The notes beneath the pieces are model-generated. The model was not told where the DNA came from and ran no database searches. It worked only from the letters and a program-made list of their open reading frames with translations. Both the position numbers and the translations under genes were made by a program. Positions 7,497 through 15,398 of a stretch of DNA of 15,398 nucleotides are shown here, piece after piece. Source of the DNA: a bacterium (GTDB lineage: Bacteria; SZUA-182; DTGQ01); contig JBFMGO010000129.1 of NCBI GenBank assembly GCA_040752695.1, forward strand, positions 1 to 15,398. The letters run 5' to 3'. Positions within the stretch are counted from its first letter, which is position 1. Every line of letters begins with the position of its first letter.

Positions 7497-7557
7497 TGAA
7501 TAGCCCCGGCTTTTAAATTTTATTACTTAATATATATTATTATGATAATCATTAATA

Positions 7558-7574
7558 TTGGTATTGATATTGCA
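7558..7574 (+). promoter_or_regulatory. sigma54 (RpoN) -24/-12 promoter for the PEP-CTERM genes
   Basis: TTGGTAT-TGATA-TTGCA, with GG (7560-7561) and GC (7572-7573) exactly 10 nt apart. It lies upstream of PEP-CTERM genes and a sigma54 activator is encoded nearby. Confidence 0.75.
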
Positions 7575-7603
7575 ATATCAATAAATATTGAATTTATTCG
7601 AAT

Positions 7604-7637
7604 CCTTATTGGCAACTATACCTTATTGGTAACTTTT
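7604..7637. repeat. 17-bp tandem duplication
   Basis: CCTTATTGGCAACTATA / CCTTATTGGTAACTTTT. Confidence 0.75.
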
Positions 7638-7868
7638 GCCATGCTGCGGGAAAGGAGATTCTCGATGTGAATGACTGATTAGTTCTTGGAATTTTCAAGA
7701 ACGAAAACATAACAAACATTTTGTACCCCCCAATGCGTAATTTTTTCGATGTTTTGGCTTTCTCAAAAAGGAGGCACAACAAGACCGCTTAAACTCAATC
7801 ATAGTTTCTCACTCAATAGGTTAGATCGAGGGTGCGAAATGTGGGCTATAAGGAAAGGAGGTGAAAAA

Positions 7869-8501
7869 ATGAAAAAGGGCTTAGCTTTTCTCTTAGCAGC
7901 ATTTGGAATCTTCCTGTCAGTAGGTATTCAAACTGCAGCAGCAGTTTCATTTCAATTCATTGGATTGTATCAGCTAACTGATGCTGACGGAGATCATTTT
8001 TCAGAATCTCTCATCATTTATGACAGTAGTACTATTATGGAAAAGAATCCGGCAGATGATGTCTTAAAATATGTAAAATTTACTCCTTTGACCCTGGATA
8101 AGAATGAGTACACCCCTGGAGACAGGTACTCCCTGGTAGAAGTTACCGTTCAAGATGGTTTTCAGGCTTTCGATAATGCTAATAATCAGCTATTTACTGC
8201 AGCGACTCACTTGAAACCTTTGATAAAGACTGGCGATAATACCATGGCTCTCATGTCCATGATGGACATGAGCGGGGTTGGAGGATCAAAAATTGCAGAT
8301 GCCTTCATAGATAATGGCCAAGGGAAATTAGCTGTTACATTAATGTTCTCTGGAGGATTCAATCCCGAATCGGGACAGCAAATCATGGGCGTATATACCG
8401 GGACTGCAAGTCTTCCCAGTATTCCTGAACCCTCAACATTGCTCCTGTTCGGATTGGGGTTCCTCAGCTTTTTAGGCTTATGTGTTCAGAGAAAACAGTA
8501 G
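7869..8501 (+). CDS. PEP-CTERM sorting domain protein, 210 aa
   Basis: Start revised to ATG 7869 (AAGGAGGTG SD). Signal peptide MKKGLAFLLAAFGIFLSVGIQTAAA; C-terminus IPEPSTLLLFGLGFLSFLGLCVQRKQ (PEP, TM helix, basic tail). Confidence 0.93.
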   Translation: MKKGLAFLLAAFGIFLSVGIQTAAAVSFQFIGLYQLTDADGDHFSESLIIYDSSTIMEKNPADDVLKYVKFTPLTLDKNEYTPGDRYSLVEVTVQDGFQAFDNANNQLFTAATHLKPLIKTGDNTMALMSMMDMSGVGGSKIADAFIDNGQGKLAVTLMFSGGFNPESGQQIMGVYTGTASLPSIPEPSTLLLFGLGFLSFLGLCVQRKQ

Positions 8502-8511
8502 TAAGTAAGAA

Positions 8512-8547
8512 GGAAAAAGGAGAGGGGTTTAATCCTCTCCTTTCTCC
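8512..8547 (+). terminator. Stem-loop after the first PEP-CTERM gene (terminator or mRNA stabiliser)
   Basis: GGAAAAAGGAGAGG pairs with CCTCTCCTTTCTCC (13 of 14 pairs). There is no clean U-tract after the stem. Confidence 0.55.
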
Positions 8548-8655
8548 ATACTCATGCTTTTACATGGATATATTAATTATAATAGAAATAAAAATAAAAA
8601 AATAACAGATAAGGGAAGAAAAGCTGTTTACCCTAAAATGAAAGGAGGTGATAGA

Positions 8656-9336
8656 ATGAAAAAGAAAGGCGTAGTATTAGTGGGGCTCATGATTTGCTTT
8701 TGCCTCATGAGTGTAAGGAGTGGATCGGCAACGTCGACTTCGGCCTCTTTTTTCCTCATGTCTAACGAGTTATACATTATCAATAACACGATAGGCAGTT
8801 CTTTCTCGGAAACCCTGCATCTTGGAGATGCTTACATCGGATTTCCGGATCCGTCCGATAATGTACTTTCAACAATCCGGTTTTCTGATATGATGTTATC
8901 TGCTGCCGACCATACATCAGGTTCCAATATTTTCCCATTTTCCCCTCAGGAATACCTTTTGACAGCGTATGACAATTCCGGACAGACGCTCTTTACCGGG
9001 CAATATGGCGTTGATTACCTTAAAATTAACATCGATGCATCTACAGGAGCCCTCGTATCAGAGATGAAATTCAACTTGACAGACATAAGACGGGGCAATG
9101 CTTCTGGCTCTCCCATTGCTGATATATTTATCAACGCGGATAAAGGGACAATGAATGTGACTCTTCAGTTTCATGGGAGTATTAATCCAATTGCTGACAT
9201 CGAGGATGGTAAAATGGTTAGGGGTGTTTATATGGGTATGGGAGGTAGTGAGGTTCCAGAACCATCCACACTTATCCTCTTGATAGTTGGCCTTTTAGGT
9301 TTTGGGGGATCTGCCGTCATGCGGAAGAACGGTTAA
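8656..9336 (+). CDS. PEP-CTERM sorting domain protein, 226 aa, paralogue of the upstream gene
   Basis: Start revised to ATG 8656 (AAAGGAGGTG SD). Signal peptide MKKKGVVLVGLMICFCLMSVRSGSA; C-terminus VPEPSTLILLIVGLLGFGGSAVMRKNG. Confidence 0.93.
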   Translation: MKKKGVVLVGLMICFCLMSVRSGSATSTSASFFLMSNELYIINNTIGSSFSETLHLGDAYIGFPDPSDNVLSTIRFSDMMLSAADHTSGSNIFPFSPQEYLLTAYDNSGQTLFTGQYGVDYLKINIDASTGALVSEMKFNLTDIRRGNASGSPIADIFINADKGTMNVTLQFHGSINPIADIEDGKMVRGVYMGMGGSEVPEPSTLILLIVGLLGFGGSAVMRKNG

Positions 9337-9376
9337 TCGCCCAAGACTGTTTCATTTACAAAGCTGGTTTCTGTGA

Positions 9377-9397
9377 GAAAAGAGGGGAGTGCCCCTC
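9377..9397 (-). terminator. Hairpin, possible intrinsic terminator for the minus-strand prs transcript
   Basis: GAGGGG-agtg-CCCCTC, preceded by GAAAA on + (a short U-tract on -). Confidence 0.35.
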
Positions 9398-9463
9398 GCA
9401 AGGATAGTTTATTTTCGAATAAGTCCAGAGGTTTTGGCATTCAGTCAAAACGGCCTTGATCCT

Positions 9464-9489
9464 GTAATTTCCAGGAAAGCGGGAATCCA
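9464..9489. repeat. Degenerate REP-like palindromic element (ATTCCC-N8-GGGAAT, RS3/RPE-like)
   Basis: GTAATTTCCAGGAAAGCGGGAATCCA matches GTCATTCCCGCGAAAGCGGGAATCCA (element recalled from memory) at 22 of 26 positions. Confidence 0.5.
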
Positions 9490-9609
9490 AAAAAAGAGTT
9501 GGTTATCCCCCAAAATGGGTTCCCTTCAAGAGCCGCTTATGCAGGCAGATTGAGGCTCGGGATTATGGTGAATATCAAAATAGGTGGATATATCCGAAAA
9601 TACCCTTGT

Positions 9610-9628
9610 GAGGGGTGCCCCTTTTTTT
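9610..9628 (+). terminator. Possible intrinsic terminator
   Basis: GAGGG-gtgc-CCCT short stem followed by a T-run. Confidence 0.4.
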
Positions 9629-9641
9629 ATTTGGCGATAAT

Positions 9642-9679
9642 TGTGGATTCCAAGTGCAACTGTGGATCCCAAGTGCAAT
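9642..9679. repeat. 19-bp tandem duplication
   Basis: TGTGGATTCCAAGTGCAAC / TGTGGATCCCAAGTGCAAT. Confidence 0.88.
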
Positions 9680-9709
9680 AAAGGGAAGATACTGGTTTTT
9701 AGCTTTCTT

Positions 9710-11059
9710 TTATTTTTCGATTTTATATTTTTTAATCAGGTCATAAACGGTAGTCCGGGCAATCCCGAGACTCTCCGAGACCTTGGAGAGGTTACCGTTA
9801 AACTTTTTTAGGTAATTCGACAATAATTCCTTCTCTACTTTTGCCGTAGCTTCTTTCAGGGTTATCATTTCCCCGCAATTTTTTCCATAGAGAATCCCTA
9901 AATCTTTTGGCTTTATGTTCTTATCGATAGAGAGCGCCACAGCTCTCTTTATCCTGTTTTCTAATTCTCTTACATTCCCCGGCCATTGATAAGCTTCGAT
10001 AGCCTCCAGCGATTCTACAGTAAGCCGTTTAAAGGGAAGGCCTTTCTCGTTGATATATTTTTCCATAAGCCATTGAGCCAAAAGAACGATGTCCTCCCCT
10101 CTCTCCCGCAGAGGCGGTAACTCGATGACTACCCCGCTTAACCGGAAATAAATGTCTTCACGAAAGGTGCCTTTTTCGACTTCGTGCTCCAGATTTTTGT
10201 TGGTTGCGGCAATAACCCTCACATCTACCGGTATTAATTGGTTCCCACCGATCCTTTGTATCTTCTTTTCCTGTAAAAACCTCAGCAGCTTGACTTGCAG
10301 ATAAACAGGTAATTCTGCAATTTCATCAAAAAATAACGTTCCTTCATGAGCACTTTCAATCTTGCCAATTCTTTTCGAGTGGGCATCGGTAAAAGCTCCT
10401 TTCTCATGACCGAATAATTCACTTTCCAGCAGGTTTTTCGGAATGGCACCAGAGTCAATGGGAACGAATGGCTTATCAGCTCTATAACTGCACTTATGAA
10501 TGGCTTGAGCCGCTAATTCCTTGCCTGTTCCGCTCTCTCCGCCTATCAGGATACTCAGATCAGTTTGCGCGACTTTTCTTATGAGGTTCATTATTTTTCT
10601 CATCTTTGCGCACTTGCAAAAAATGCCCCAAAACTCATGCCCTTCTTCCGGCTCGGATTGCGGCTGTATACTTTCGAGCTCCAGGTTCCTGATATATAAG
10701 GCCCGGTCCAATATGACTTTTAATTCCTGAAGGTCTATCGGTTTAATATAATAGTCATGGGCTCCGATATGGAGGGCATTCACAGCGTTTTCCTTTTCGC
10801 TTTGACCCGTTATCATGATCACTTTGACATAAGGATCAATTGCCAGAATTCTTTTTAAAACTTCAAAGCCATTGGGAGTATCCTCAGGTGAGGATAAGGT
10901 TACGTCGAGAGTTACAATATCGGGTTTAATCTTCCTGAATTGCTTTATGGCCTCGTTCCCCTCATAAGCCGTAAATACTTCATACCTGTCATGTAAGCCC
11001 CATTTGAGCTGCTTACAGATAATCTCTTCATCATCTACGATAAGTAGTTTAGGATGCAT
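9710..11059 (-). CDS. prsR: sigma54-dependent response regulator (REC-AAA+-Fis HTH), PEP-CTERM-box regulator PrsR-like, 449 aa
   Basis: REC motifs LLIVDDE, VTLDV, ITGQ and YIKP. Walker A GESGTGKE, ELFGHEKGAFTDA, LFFDEI, WPGNVRELEN and HTH LGIARTTVYDLIKKY. Adjacent to a PrsK-like kinase and PEP-CTERM genes. Confidence 0.88.
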   Translation of the reverse strand: MHPKLLIVDDEEIICKQLKWGLHDRYEVFTAYEGNEAIKQFRKIKPDIVTLDVTLSSPEDTPNGFEVLKRILAIDPYVKVIMITGQSEKENAVNALHIGAHDYYIKPIDLQELKVILDRALYIRNLELESIQPQSEPEEGHEFWGIFCKCAKMRKIMNLIRKVAQTDLSILIGGESGTGKELAAQAIHKCSYRADKPFVPIDSGAIPKNLLESELFGHEKGAFTDAHSKRIGKIESAHEGTLFFDEIAELPVYLQVKLLRFLQEKKIQRIGGNQLIPVDVRVIAATNKNLEHEVEKGTFREDIYFRLSGVVIELPPLRERGEDIVLLAQWLMEKYINEKGLPFKRLTVESLEAIEAYQWPGNVRELENRIKRAVALSIDKNIKPKDLGILYGKNCGEMITLKEATAKVEKELLSNYLKKFNGNLSKVSESLGIARTTVYDLIKKYKIEK

Positions 11060-11185
11060 CGTTTTTCCCTGTTCCCTTCCTATCTTGCGTAAATCTCAGT
11101 ACATATCGCGCTCAATGCGCGACCCGTGTTGTAGCATACATAATTGAAAACCGCTCTATAATGCCTGCTCGAATGTATTTCTCCG

Positions 11186-13519
11186 TTATTCGACTAAAAC
11201 AGGCTCCTGGGTCAGGCTCTCAGTCTCCACGGGCAAAAATATCCTGAACGTAGTGCCCTTTCCTTCCTCACTTGTCACCTCTATTTTCCCTCCATGGGCA
11301 GCTACAAACAGCTTACTCTGGTAGAGCCCGATGCCCAATCCCCCTTTTTTGCTTGTCTGGAAAGGTTTAAAAAGCTTTTGACTAAGGAATTCCTTTGACA
11401 TTCCCGATCCATTATCTTCAACTTCAATAATGATGATAGTGCCACCCTTAAATGTGGCCGAGACAGAAATCCGCCTATTATCTTTTCTCTCTTTCATCGC
11501 TTCCTGAGCATTGATGATCAGGTTATTCACTACACTCTGGATTTTTTCCCGATCTACCTTTACCTTCGGTAAACGGCCATATACTTCAATAAACCGGATC
11601 TCATGCGAACCCGCTTGAGCATTCTCCACGGCAGCATGGAGTAATTCAGTGAGATCGGTAGTAACCTTGTTCAAGGAAGTTCCCTTTGGTAAACAGGAAA
11701 CCTTACCGATAAGCTTATTCATGTTAAGAATGACATTTGAGATGGTTTTAATGGAATCCTTTTGAAACTCCACGTCATGAAAATTCTGAGTGGCATTTTG
11801 AACGAGAAGGGAGAGCATGGAGATCCCATTTTTAAGATCATGCAGGATAAAGGACGAAACCTTATCCATGAACTCTATTTCTTTCAACGTAATAAGTCGT
11901 TCTGACAGCTTGATATTTATGATTTGACTCGATACTTGAAGACAATAGGCTTTGAGAATCTGGTAATTTTCCTGGTTAAAAGCTGCTCCGGTTATTTCCT
12001 TCCCGAGGGTAATAAAACCGATAAGATCTTCTTTTACGATGAGGGGGCTTATGGATGAAACTTTGCATACTGAAAAAAGCTCCCTGTTCATGTCCACGAG
12101 TTCTTTTTCCCGTTTACTTTTGCCAAGAGAGATTATGTCAAAGGGCTCCCCCCTGGCTTCCAGGTATATCATGAGGGGATTATCTCTATCTACTGATATC
12201 TCGGCCTGCTCGGCTCGCAGTGGCTTCAGTGACGAGGATACATAGAATTTCTTATCATCTTCGTTATAAAGAAAAATTACCACTGAATCAGTATAAAAAA
12301 CTTCGGAGAGAAACTTTGAAAAGTTCGCTAACATTTCGATGAGATTTATTGGAGAGCAGATCCTGTTGGTGAGTTCAATCCACTCTTCCCGGTAGTCGTG
12401 CCTGTAGCTGTAAAAATATTCTCCGATAAATGCCTTCAGCAGCCTCCTGTTCTTTTCAAGCAAGATGAAGGTTCCCGTAACCATAAGGAAAGCAAGGACC
12501 AGGACCGGACTGAAAACCTGGTTGAAACTGAATTTCAGGATTCGTGCCAATTCCCCGACCAAGCCGATGAGGACAAGGTAACTGCTGATGACTATCCCTG
12601 TAAATGACCCATAAACTACGCACTGTGGTGAACCAATGGTAATTCTGGTCAGTTGATGTCTGAAAATGCTGAAGGCGAGAAGTCCTAAGCATATGAAAGT
12701 AATAGTTGAGCCAATAGGCAGATAGGTCAGGTTAATATGTGGGAAAATGATTAACTTACAGGTAATGTAAATGTAGAAAAGGAAAGCAGAGAACATTGCC
12801 ATAATGCTGTACTTAATTTGCCATTTTTTGATTCCTTTTGCATTCCTGAATAGTGTCTCCAGGTTCACAAGGATAAAAGTAAAAGTAAATATCAAAAAAA
12901 ACAGAAAAAATTTACCTATTTTCCCTAAATAAAAAATATTTTGAGGATTGTTGCCTTGAAAGGAGAAAGAAACCGGATCAGTTGCCAGATAGATAAAGAG
13001 GTCAGAAGGGATAAAGATAAAAAAGATGATAGATGAAACGAATATTACAGATAAAACCGGCTTCCATTTCTTGATCCATTTCTTCGCTTCTTCAGGGCTA
13101 CTCCTTGCGAAAGTAAGGCTTAAAAGAGACCATGAGCCTGGAGCAAGGCAATATCCCACCAATCCGATTCGCCCCCAGAATAATAATCTCGATGCATTGG
13201 AGGAATTCTGGAGAATAAAATTGGCTAACTCTGCTATACTGATGCTGCATAGGGCGAAAAAAAAGATTCTGTTAATAGTATGCCGGTGATTTTGGTAAAG
13301 AAGGACCATCCCGAAGCATAAAGCAAATACGAAGTTAACCAGTGATGGAATCGAGTGATTATCTATGCTTGACTTAATAAAAGGTGTATTAATTACCTGT
13401 CCACTTAAGTACGGCACCACGACTGCCGCACTCCAAAAGTGGTTGGCATCCACAGCAGGTAATAACCGTCCGGTTATGTGACATGTGGCGTACTGAGTCA
13501 TATTTTTTAACATGTCCAT
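11186..13519 (-). CDS. prsK: PEP-CTERM system histidine kinase PrsK-like (multi-TM, GAF, HisKA/HATPase); exact start uncertain
   Basis: Many hydrophobic TM segments, YRHDYREEW, a GAF-like region, H-box FILHDLKN, N-box NLIINAQEA, VEDNGSGM, LFKPFQTSKKGGLGIGLYQ and AHGGKIEV. Confidence 0.88.
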   Translation of the reverse strand: MDMLKNMTQYATCHITGRLLPAVDANHFWSAAVVVPYLSGQVINTPFIKSSIDNHSIPSLVNFVFALCFGMVLLYQNHRHTINRIFFFALCSISIAELANFILQNSSNASRLLFWGRIGLVGYCLAPGSWSLLSLTFARSSPEEAKKWIKKWKPVLSVIFVSSIIFFIFIPSDLFIYLATDPVSFSFQGNNPQNIFYLGKIGKFFLFFLIFTFTFILVNLETLFRNAKGIKKWQIKYSIMAMFSAFLFYIYITCKLIIFPHINLTYLPIGSTITFICLGLLAFSIFRHQLTRITIGSPQCVVYGSFTGIVISSYLVLIGLVGELARILKFSFNQVFSPVLVLAFLMVTGTFILLEKNRRLLKAFIGEYFYSYRHDYREEWIELTNRICSPINLIEMLANFSKFLSEVFYTDSVVIFLYNEDDKKFYVSSSLKPLRAEQAEISVDRDNPLMIYLEARGEPFDIISLGKSKREKELVDMNRELFSVCKVSSISPLIVKEDLIGFITLGKEITGAAFNQENYQILKAYCLQVSSQIINIKLSERLITLKEIEFMDKVSSFILHDLKNGISMLSLLVQNATQNFHDVEFQKDSIKTISNVILNMNKLIGKVSCLPKGTSLNKVTTDLTELLHAAVENAQAGSHEIRFIEVYGRLPKVKVDREKIQSVVNNLIINAQEAMKERKDNRRISVSATFKGGTIIIIEVEDNGSGMSKEFLSQKLFKPFQTSKKGGLGIGLYQSKLFVAAHGGKIEVTSEEGKGTTFRIFLPVETESLTQEPVLVE

Positions 13520-13544
13520 ATTTGGGATACTATCAAGGGGCCAA

Positions 13545-13568
13545 GAGAGTTTGGACGAGAGTTTGGAT
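13545..13568. repeat. 12-bp tandem duplication
   Basis: GAGAGTTTGGAC / GAGAGTTTGGAT. Confidence 0.75.
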
Positions 13569-13600
13569 TCATGAATAAAGGACGAAGGAGCCTGGTCTAA

Positions 13601-13714
13601 AAAATATCTCGATAAAATTCCCGGAAAAGTATCTCGATAAAATTCTCCAAAATACCTCGATAAAACTCCCCAAAAATTTCACAAAATATCTTGATAAAAC
13701 TCCCAAAAATTTCC
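13601..13714. repeat. 21-bp core repeated x4 with irregular spacing
   Basis: AAAATATCTCGATAAAATTCC-like cores start at 13601, 13626, 13649 and 13683. The last two units share an extra CAAAAATTTC. Confidence 0.92.
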
Positions 13715-13725
13715 AATTGATTTGG

Positions 13726-15398
13726 TTACTGTAATTTTTTCCATAAAGCTCTTGCCTCACGTATTTCCGGAAAATTCTCAGTTATCTTTAAAGCGGTGTC
13801 CAGTGATTCCAGAGCGTCTTTTTTCTGATTGTTTTCATAGTAGGCGAGTGCTAAGTGATAGTGGATACTTGGATTTTTTTTATTCAGGTTGGCCGCCTTT
13901 TCAAATTGTCTTATTGCTTCTTTTTTATCGCCGCCCTTATAAAAAGCCCAGCCTAACGTATCTACAATATTTCCATTATCTGGATTTAAGTCTACGGCTT
14001 TTTTTGCATACTGAACGGCTCGATCCAAGTCAATACCCTTATCAGCAAGGATCCAGGCTAATTGGTTGAGAGCTACAAGTGCGTGAGGGTCCGCTTTGAT
14101 GGCCTTTTGATAGTTATCAATAGCCATCTTATAATTGTTGGCTTTTTCAAAAAGTAAGGCGATCTTTATACGTTTATCCACATCGTCTTCATAGTGCTGC
14201 AAGTAACTATCATATTCATGAATGGCCTTTCGGAGATAATCGTTTTTCCCTTCATTATTATCATTTACTTTAGTTCCTTTATCTAGTGAATAGTAAATAT
14301 CCCCAAGGGCGAGATGAACGGACGCCAGTCTTGGATCTGCTTTCAATGTTTTTTCGAAATACTCCCTGGCTTTCGCAGTATCGGTGTTTGCAAAGAATTG
14401 ACCCATCAGGTAACTCACCAGAGGGTTATCGGGGGATTTTTCTAAAAGACGGCTTTCTTCTTCCCGTACTCTGCTCATCCAGCCCTGTTTCATATAGGTT
14501 GCCATGAGAGGTAAATGAGAACCGATAAATTGGGGATCAGCCTGGTAGTAATGGGCAATATCTATCTTTTTATTCATCAGTTCTGGAGCAAAGATATTGC
14601 ACTTGACATACATTTCACTTGCTTCCCTGTATTTCCCCTGGCAGGCAAAAATATTTGCTTTAACTAAATAAAGAAATTTGTTTGAATCATTGATTCTTAG
14701 TGCCTGGTCAACAGAGGCCAAGGCTTTTTGGTAATCCATTTTGAGATTTTGAAGAATAGCTAAACTGCAATAAAGATTTGTATCTTCAGGATTTTTCCCC
14801 AACGATGATTCGAAAGCCGCCAAAGCTTCCTTGTGTTTCCCCATGACCAGGTAGATCAATCCAAGGATATTCCCTCCTGTTCCCGCCTCCTGATTATGGT
14901 CAAATGCCTTGTCATATGCAGCCAGAGCTTCTGAAAATTTCTCCTGTTTTACATAAAGGTCAGCCAGCAGTAGATTCAAAGATGGATTGGAAGGTTGAGA
15001 TTTTGTCGAATTCTCGATAATAGAAATAGCTTCATCGGGTTTTCCCATTTTTTCATAAATGCGGCTCAGCATTATCAGTTCCTTGACAGATTGCTTGTTC
15101 AATTCACTGGCTTTCTCAAACATGGAAATAGCTTCTTTGGTTTTACCTTGTTGGATGTCGATCAGTCCAATTTCATAGTATAATTCGGGGTTCGAGGGAT
15201 CAAGAGTCGAGGCTTTTTGTAAATAGGATACAGCGGTAGAAAAATCTTTCTTTACTGTGCTGATAAAGGCAAGCCTCTGGTATGAGGAAATAAGGTTTGG
15301 ATCAATCTTGAGGGATACGTCAAAGGTGGCCACGGCATCTTCAATTTTATTCTGAGTAAGGAGTATCTCTCCCAGGAATGCATAAACAAAAGGGTTCT
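13726..15398 (-). CDS. Multi-TPR protein (PrsT-like, PEP-CTERM/EPS-associated); 5' end lies outside the window
   Basis: The frame stays open upstream of the track's GTG start to the window edge (NPFVYAFLGEILLTQNKIEDAV). Continuous TPRs; C-terminal ALNQLAWIL...IVDTLGWAFY...IHYHLALAY...FPEIREARAL is typical of this TPR class. Confidence 0.85.
   Translation of the reverse strand, partial: NPFVYAFLGEILLTQNKIEDAVATFDVSLKIDPNLISSYQRLAFISTVKKDFSTAVSYLQKASTLDPSNPELYYEIGLIDIQQGKTKEAISMFEKASELNKQSVKELIMLSRIYEKMGKPDEAISIIENSTKSQPSNPSLNLLLADLYVKQEKFSEALAAYDKAFDHNQEAGTGGNILGLIYLVMGKHKEALAAFESSLGKNPEDTNLYCSLAILQNLKMDYQKALASVDQALRINDSNKFLYLVKANIFACQGKYREASEMYVKCNIFAPELMNKKIDIAHYYQADPQFIGSHLPLMATYMKQGWMSRVREEESRLLEKSPDNPLVSYLMGQFFANTDTAKAREYFEKTLKADPRLASVHLALGDIYYSLDKGTKVNDNNEGKNDYLRKAIHEYDSYLQHYEDDVDKRIKIALLFEKANNYKMAIDNYQKAIKADPHALVALNQLAWILADKGIDLDRAVQYAKKAVDLNPDNGNIVDTLGWAFYKGGDKKEAIRQFEKAANLNKKNPSIHYHLALAYYENNQKKDALESLDTALKITENFPEIREARALWKKLQ

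Noticed and set aside
7604..7640. Additional sigma54 promoters at TTGGCAAC and TTGGTAAC
   Set aside because: Neither has a GC 10 nt after the GG (the second has N8 spacing).
7749..7868. Track start giving a 250-aa PEP-CTERM protein
   Set aside because: The strong SD and signal peptide begin at ATG 7869; the extension has no SD.
8554..8655. Track start giving a 260-aa PEP-CTERM protein
   Set aside because: The strong SD and signal peptide begin at ATG 8656; the extension is A-rich intergenic sequence.
9499..9681. 60-aa plus-strand ORF
   Set aside because: TTG start with a weak SD, crosses a terminator-like hairpin and a repeat, and has no recognisable motif.
13569..13760. 63-aa minus-strand ORF between the TPR gene and prsK
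   Set aside because: It is a translation of the tandem repeat array, overlaps the TPR gene end, and has no recognisable protein features.

Overview
Bacterial genomic window with two modules. Left (1-6940): a minus-strand operon encoding a benzoylformate-decarboxylase-like ThDP enzyme, two different DJ-1/PfpI-family proteins and a large AGE-superfamily (N-acylglucosamine 2-epimerase-like) protein. The AGE gene runs off the left edge and is missing from the ORF track. The operon is divergent from a cytoplasmic GH13 alpha-amylase-family gene, and both directions carry a CCGATATA (sigma28-like -10) element. This looks like an uncharacterised alpha-glucan/sugar-carbonyl pathway, and the AGE and DJ-1 proteins have non-canonical active-site motifs. 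Right (6941-15398): a PEP-CTERM regulatory locus. Three TGT-N11-ACA enhancer-like sites and a sigma54 -24/-12 promoter precede two paralogous PEP-CTERM proteins, which are convergent with a TPR (PrsT-like, truncated), PrsK and PrsR gene set. Most intergenic gaps hold their own unrelated short tandem repeat array (nine arrays, 12-23 bp units). All calls come from reading the sequence and recognising motifs; no database searches were run.
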